A stretch of 64,000 nt of DNA from Chrysomallon squamiferum (Eukaryota; Animalia; Mollusca), in the NCBI GenBank assembly GCA_012295275.1, contig CM022676.1:620001-684000 (forward strand), in the 5' to 3' direction. The first letter of the stretch is position 1. Each line of letters begins with the position of its first letter. This document shows positions 56,453-64,000 of this stretch, in pieces. The notes below the pieces were generated by a model, which was given only the letters and a program-made list of their open reading frames with translations, did no database searches and was not told the origin of the DNA. A program made the position numbers and the translations under genes.

Positions 56453-57699
56453 GTTATGCAAATTGTCCGTATGCGTAATATCTAACACTTCTTTTTAATC
56501 TGTTTTAGCTTTAGAAGTAATTGTATTTGTATTTGTTTATTATATTTTTATGCTCAATGGTGCTCCTCTGTTGATGCCGCTGTAGTTCAGCCACTTGGTA
56601 TGTACAGTTTTCTTTTATTTTTCTTTATTTCTTTTTTTAATTTTCAAATTATTTTTGGTCAACAATTTCTTCTTTAAAAATATTTTTATATTATACAGAC
56701 CTTACATTAATATTATATGTACCAAAGGAAATATTAAGAAGAGAAAGAAAGAAAATCGCTGTTTATTAAAGCTGAGCAAGTAACTATGAAAACCAATAAA
56801 AATAAACTAACAATTCATTCATTAATAACGATAAATAAAGTAGCCGTAATCATATAAGTTGTAATACATGGAATAAAATAATAAAAATACCAAGCTGTGT
56901 TTTAATTTTCACAAGAGGTATCATTTTATTCTCTCAGGTAAGGACTTTCTGATGAATGTGTCCCCCGCCTTAGTTGACATAGGAGGATCAGTTACACTTA
57001 CATGTTATACCTGTGCACTTGAAACAGCTCTAACGTGGTATAAAAACAACCAACTTTATATAATTCAGCTTTGGAAGAATAACACCTGTTTAATATATTA
57101 TGATCGTGGAGATCGTTACACCTGCAGTGACGGAAACAGGTACTGGATCACCATCTCCAACATCAGTGCCGAACACCATCGAACGTACTGGAAATGCGAA
57201 CACTTTTTTGGAGGTAAAGAGAGCAATGAAGCTTATTTGTACGTCAAAGGTTGGTTTTAACTGTCATTTATATACTTAATTCAGACCAATTTTTTAGATA
57301 TTAACTGAAGTAATATACGTTCGACTGACATGCTGAGAAGATGAAAATCATTGATATAACAATGCAGTCAACCTCTTCTAAAGTGTATGCCTAGATAAAT
57401 TAAGTATTTACTGAGACTGAACTATCTGTTTTACGTATATAAATATATATCGAACTGTTGCTCTTTAAAGTCTTATAAGGTGGTAAAAGTAGACGTCGGT
57501 AACTAGTTATTCCATACATATAAACATATACATTATTACAAACACACAAACACACACACACATATATATATATTATCGTCACGACACTGCATACAACGCA
57601 GAAATTAGAACCATAAAACAGTATTTTACTATCATAGTTTGTTTGTTCTTATTATTTATTTATTTTATTACAGGAGTCAATGCCGACAACAATGCATAG
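55209..57699 (+). CDS. Single V-like Ig protein, apparently secreted (~129 aa)
   Basis: Exons 55209-55260 (MKFIAIFVLLGSSSVLE), 56938-57249 (..DIGGSVTLTC..LTWYKNN..TC..RYTC..YWITI..HRTYWKCEH..ESNEAYLYV; 312 nt like its neighbour) and 57674-57699 (GVNADNNA*). The terminal exon is less certain. Confidence 0.8.
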
Positions 57700-58013
57700 C
57701 TGATGCAACGTTCGAAGACAGAATTAGTTGATATATCTTCCACTAGTTTAAAAACTTGTATTGTGTGTCTGTGCGTGTGTGTGTAGTGGTACCTCTCTTT
57801 AGCGGTCCTCGAGATGAGCTGCCACCTACAACGTACGGACACTTTTCTGATTTTCGATTGTTTTACACTGGATATAACCATTAGTTATTATTCCACTGCT
57901 CAAACGGACAAATTTGCCTATTTGTTTTCCCAAAATAAATAGTGTTATTACCGTACGGCGACTTTATACGATACTGAAGTGTCGAATCACCAGAGACAGA
58001 AAGCTACACTCAC

Positions 58014-58321
58014 CAAACAATTGCCCGCCAAACCGTGCGAGTTCAACCCATAATTTGGTACATAGTTTTAGTAATCCAACATTCATCATTTGTCCATGTT
58101 TTATGACGTGCTGAATTTGCTCTGTTTACATTCATCAATGAATTCGGTATGTTTACAACTGAGTGTTTAGGAGAAACGTGTGATTCTTGATATGGTATCA
58201 CCCGGCCACGACGAATTGTTTGTTGTGGAAATTGGTGTCAGACATGTGAATAAAAACTGAAAACATGTTAAAAAATATTGTCCGTCTGATGAAGGGACAC
58301 GTTTTCCTACGAGAGATACCA
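58014..58321 (-). pseudogene. Decayed Ig-sized exon
   Basis: CAG acceptor, GTGAGT donor, 308 nt; the phase-1 start VVSLVGKRVPSSDGQYFLTC resembles Ig A-B strands, then the frame is disrupted. Confidence 0.4.
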
Positions 58322-60889
58322 CTGTGTGTGTATGTGTGTGTGCAGTTATTATTTCTGATAGCTATTGTGATGCTAAACAAAGAAAATCATTTCTCTTTTC
58401 AATTAGATATCAATAATTTTAAATAAAGAATCGTACTTGTCTTTAATTCTGTAAGCTATGTTTAGTTATATTCACTATAGATTTGTTTTTATCATTCATA
58501 TGAATATTTATATTAATGTTAATTTAACTTCTTTTTTAATCCCCTGAAACTAAATATAAAAAAGAGACGATCATATTAATTGTTTTGTTAATTTGTATTA
58601 AACTAGAAGCTTCTGTAAGCTACTGTTTATTAAACATGGTACTGTACGTGATGTTTTTGAAAGCAATGTTATTAACTGTAAATTTAGTTATGACTTTAAA
58701 ATTCGAATTACTCTAGATTTTCACAGAATTATACAAATGGAGAGAAATTAAGTTTATTTTCCGTCATGTAGAACTAAGGCACCCAGATGGATTATTAAAA
58801 TGTTTGACTATAGCGTGAGTTCTTTTTAATTTAATTTTTGTTTTTGATCTATTGCAGTTCAGACTTGAATTCTGACATACAAAAAACAAAGACCGTTGGT
58901 TACTTCTCAGAGCTTCTAAATTTAATATCTATATTTTACTCTTCCCAAATTTGTTTATTTATATATATTTAGTGAAGTAAATGAATGTAAATTAGGTGAA
59001 TACAATAAAATATTTTATAATTACAACTCTAAAAAGTTTATTTATTTATTAAAATATTATTATTTTTTTTTTTTTTTTTTTTTTTTAAATATTTTATTCC
59101 AGTTCTTTGTTACACTTAATATATTGTACTCATATATTAGCAATGTAAAAATAAATCTAAACTGTCATAACGTTTTGATAACTTAATTCTGACTTAAATT
59201 TTTCCTTACTTTTTTAAAAGTATACGTTTTTTTCCGTACAGGTAAATAAGTTGAGCGCAATATATTTGTGTGTGTGTGTGCGTGTGTGTGTGTGTTTGTG
59301 TGTGTCAAGCTGACTATTACATAAATCTTTACAGTCCTCTTATGTTATAAATCACAATGTTTGCCTCTGTATGACAGTTCCATTCTTTGAGATGGCAATG
59401 ATCTATTCGTAATTTTATTTTACCATTATTAAGCAACAAAATATGCGATTCTGCATTTCATAATACGAAAGAGTGTATACCTCACAAGCATACCATTAGT
59501 ATTACACAGTAACACCACTTGAACGAAGGGAGCGAAACCAGCCAATAAAGCTAAATTACTGTAAAAATAGAAATCTTTTCTTCTTTATATATATATATAT
59601 AGATAGATAGATAATTTTGAGTGACATTGTGAACTTCTCGTACCCTTGAAATATAATTATCATGTTTATAACGTCAAAATTATTGGTTTCCTTTCTCTGT
59701 CCATTAAAAACATACAACTTTAATTAGGAATATTTTGACTGGTTATTTATAACATTTACTGACAACATAACGAAAAAGAGTGAATTAATACTTTTACTGA
59801 GAGTAACATACAATTATTATTACATTAAACGAAAAACCTAAATAATAATAAGCACAACAGCAACAAATACTTATACGCAAAATAACTGCTTTGTATTTGT
59901 AGTAATAAAGCCATAGTAGAACAGTATAATATAATAGTTGTTTTTAGAATTGTTTAGTCACGCGAACCGAGTGATGACAAAGCTATTCCGGCAGCCCATC
60001 TAGGGGTCCCTTGATTCTGGGTCTCAACAACATCATATATCAAGATCGAATCAGTTAACAAAAAATGTCGATCAGTCAAGTATTTATTTAACTTTATTTA
60101 AAATATTATTACAATCCACATACCCCGATAAATAATGATTTCTTATTATAACAATAAATCTTCTGATTTGTAAGGAAGAAATACATTCTTTTCTGGAATT
60201 TGCATTTCCAGAAAAAACTCGAGCACCAACTAATACAAAAGACATCCCCCATCCCGCTGTCTGATTAAACCACTGCATTCCTGTTCATCTTTAATTTTAA
60301 CATTCGATGTCATTTTGGGGTCAAAAATATAAACTTTCTACACTGAAATATTAAACACGTTACAATTAATATATATATATATATATATTTTTAATAAATG
60401 CAAGAGAAGAAATTCATTTAGTATTTCATTATATTAAAAACAATAATTCATATTTTTTTCTTCTTTTTCTTTTCCTTCATTTTTATGGCATGGATTCAAG
60501 ACAAAAAACCCAACAATTTTGCTAAATAAATATAAAAGTTTAAGATTTTGTGTGACTGGTATTAAATTAATTGGAGCCTGGATTACATATTTTTGTGATC
60601 GTATTACTATATGAAAATTCCTAAGGTATTGATGGCACGATGATGTTGTTGTACACAACATTTTTATGCAATCACATGGCTTTCAATACATTTAACGTTA
60701 ATTACATCAGTAGTACAGTTGTTGGACTCTGGTGGAGGGGGAATGCACCCCAGAGGCCTACAGAGAAAAGTGAAAACTTATTTCATTTTCTTTAACATAT
60801 TTTAGTTATTTACTTATTTATTCTGTTTTCTACTTTTTATTTTTATTTTTAATTTTTTTATTATTATTATTTAAAATAATTAGTCAAAT

Positions 60890-60929
<40 letters not shown>

Positions 60930-61703
60930 TGTTGTTGTTGTTGTTGTTTTTGTTGAAAATCAAATAGTTCATCTGACAAATATTAAGTTTTTAAAATTCT
61001 TAATATTTTTTTTTTTTTTTTTTTTTTCACCCATCATAATCAAAACAAATAGTTCATCTTGAATATTTTTTTTTTATTATTATTATTATTTTTTTTTTTT
61101 TTTTTTTTTTTTCTGCGACCAGGGCACATACCAAAACTGACACGCTTGTCAATGCATTTTCAGTAAAAATGCTATAATATCATGCGAACCTATTATCTTC
61201 CGTTCATTTTTCTTGGATGCTCCATTAAAAAATGAGGAATTTAACTAAACTGCTGAACCTTCGCTTCGAAGTAAACAAGTGAAACAGACGATTAAAATTA
61301 CATATGTTTTTAGTGCATGGATATGGTTTGAAAGATAAAACATGAGTGGATTACGGTAAGATAACTAAATATTATAAATAGTGATTGAAAATTTAATTTT
61401 TATTTGTTTATCGTGTGAGTTTCTGTATTCGCCTCATAATGTTTTTTTCAAATTCATGTCCGTGCTCGATTCAGACTTAGACTACAAAATAAATATACTA
61501 TAACTTATAAGTATAATTATAATACAGTGAATACTTTATCCCGCTTCATGTGTATCTGTTTTAGGTAATATGTAAAAATTAGTCAATTTAAACATTGCCT
61601 GATTTTTCCAAATAATTTCTTGACACACTTGTTTAACTTTTCTAAGTAATTTCTCGAAACATTACCTAAATGAAAAATTCATCATAATGATCGATTGAAA
61701 AAA

Positions 61704-63563
61704 ATGACGACAATTGGCGAATTGCAGATCGCTCCGAAGTAACGAGATTGCTAGCGAACAGACACCATACATTTGAATCTTTGTGGGGATTTGTTTCTGA
61801 AATAAATCACTTAATTAAATAATACTGCATATTTCGTTACAAAGTGTCGAGAAAAGACAGATAATCATAATGTTTAGGTTGCCTGAAGTACCGAGTGAAT
61901 CAGGAGTTTCAGATTGAAATTTCAGACATATTCATGATATTGCCAGTAAATTGTGTAATAATTAATTTAATTTAACCGTAATAAAATTAACCAATTTTGA
62001 ATCAATGATATATATATATATATATATATATAGTAGACGTTTTAAATTATTATCATCAGTTAAATTCAATAAATACTAACAGTAATAGAGTAAATAATAC
62101 TTTACCATTATATATATATTTATAAATTTTATTATAAAGAGCAGTACTAGTATGTGTGAATATAAACTGAAGCTTTGAAATATCTTTCCTGTTTATCCTT
62201 GGTAAAATATATATATATATTACAGAACTGATTGCTGGCATTTTTAATAAAATAATGATACATCGCAGGAAAATCCAGTCTGCTCCAGGGAATACTGTGA
62301 AGCCATTTTACTACCCAAGCCGACAGAAGAGGCTGAATCCTGAACAAGAAATGGTTTGTCATTGATCTTAAAATTATTTAATAACTTTAAAAAGCAACTA
62401 CCACTACCCTGGTTAAATCATTGTTAAGAGAATTATTATCATTCATGTTCCATCTGATAGGTCAGTATTTTATTCCAAATTTCATTTATAATAATTACTT
62501 AAACTATATTATCATCTCAGAATACATCATTTTCTACAGCCAGTAATCCAATGTCTCTGTTAAATAAATAATAATTCAAATTGTTTTTTGTCTTGTATGT
62601 CAGATAGCACTGAGTCCTAACAGGTCTTCATCCAAATCAGATTTAAACTCGTCAGATCAGCTTTTTCTACGAGGCACACATCTCTTTTATGACCAGCCAA
62701 AAGAGCTGAAACAGTCACCAAAGTTAGACGAATCATGGCCAAGCAGTGAGAGGGCTTCCAGGTAACTTTTGTGTTTAAAACTGTTAAAAGTCAGCGCTTC
62801 CAGGTAACGTTTGTGTTTAAAACTGTTAAAAGTCAGCGCTTCCAGGTAACTTTTGTGTTTAAAACTGTTAAAAGTCTGTGCTTCTGAAATTTTGAGAAAA
62901 AGAAATAGACACTGACATACATCTGAATAAAAACAATTATGAAGATGTAATTCAAATGATAATTTTCATTAAACTTTTACCTGATTGTTTATGGCAGGTT
63001 TATAAAGACATTGCTGTTATGCACAGACATATGTAGTATTGGTATATTTAGCCAGAAATTAATGAGCTAATTTCTTGAATAAATGGGTTAATTGTTATAA
63101 ATACATTTACAGTATTTGTCATAACCAGCAACTCATGTTTATTTTAATCAAAACGGCCACCACATGCTTCCAAGCAGTTGTTTCCTTTTTTAAGTTTATT
63201 ATTTTTTTCTTTTATATTATATAAAAAGTGTATGTATCTTCCTTCATATTTATTAGTAATGATTAGTCATTGAAAAAAAAGAAATTTACTACAGGTGATA
63301 AATATTACACTTCATGAAATTTAATTTGATTCATAATGACAAAATAATTTTTGTTTACATTTCATCTTATTACTAATTTATTAATAATGTTGTTCTTGTT
63401 GTTACACTGTTTATTACAGTTTTTCTGATGATCAGTTTCTTCCATCAAGATCAGATTTGTCAGAATATCAGAATAAAAAACACAGTTTTGATTTTTCTGA
63501 AGAAAGTGAAGTGTTGACATCTGATCAGAAAACAGAGTCAAAGGGAAAGTCAGTTTTACAAAG
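61704..63563 (+). CDS. 5' exons of an unrecognised Ser/Glu/Lys-rich, probably intracellular protein
   Basis: Exons 61704-61738, 62269-62353, 62604-62761 and 63420-63563 join in phases 2/0/2 without stops: MTTIGELQIAPKKIQSAPGNTVKPFYYPSRQKRLNPEQEMIALSPNRSSS..SFSDDQFLPSRSDLSEYQNKK.. The 3' end is unresolved. Confidence 0.6.
62754..62883. repeat. 42-bp tandem repeat x3 spanning a splice donor
   Basis: GCTTCCAG|GTAAC(T/G)TTTGTGTTTAAAACTGTTAAAAGTCAGC. Confidence 0.92.
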
Positions 63564-64000
63564 GTGAAATGTTTATGACTAACATATTAGTTGATAGTGT
63601 TTAGATGAGTTCGTCACCCAGAAACCTGCCAAGTTCTGGAAGCATGAAACTGCCTCAAAGATGGCAAAAGGCAGTGAAACAAAATGGCACATGTTTGGTT
63701 TAAAAATCTAAATATTGTCTTAGAATTTCTCTTTCAAAAATCTGTTCCAACACACAGCAGTAAAAACGTCTCTTAAAAGTGAAGTCAAAATAATGGATAC
63801 TATAGGATAAGTTAAAGTAATAAAAATTTCATTTTTTTAAAACTTTTTCTTCTTATTATCATTTTAATTTTTTTTATTTTTTAGGTATAAATTATAACAG
63901 ATTTTTAAGAATAATTATTGCATTATGTAAATTATTTCACTAGTTGTTTGATTTGTTAGCATTAATATTTACTTTCACTTTTTAAAGAGTTTTCAGTTGA

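Overview
AT-rich, microsatellite-dense animal DNA with spliceosomal GT-AG introns. It is most likely a gastropod mollusc, an inference from a SINE tail I recall and from the style of the Ig domains. Most ORFs in the supplied track are simple-repeat artefacts, so the genes below were rebuilt by hand from splice sites and exon phases. The window is mainly a cluster of cell-surface recognition genes. (1) A ~1107-aa nephrin-like receptor (signal peptide, 7 Ig, FN3, TM) whose cytoplasmic tail is built from tandemly duplicated, mostly phase-1 micro-exons, most carrying an acidic tyrosine motif, with duplicated terminal exons. (2) Three intact-looking single-Ig genes from the same Cys-rich 'WxC' V-like family as that receptor's N-terminal domain, predicted to be transmembrane with a 6-aa tail, GPI-anchored, and secreted. 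(3) Four to five decayed Ig, FN3 or TM paralogue relics. (4) A ~609-aa class-5-like semaphorin truncated to Sema-PSI-one TSP1 with a GPI-like C-terminus. (5) The 5' exons of an unrecognised Ser-rich gene. Also present are an L1/Tx1 LINE relic, an ISL2EU-like DNA transposon relic with a nested SINE fragment, and several minisatellites, three of which repeat a splice donor. No database search was possible, so family names rest on motif recognition.
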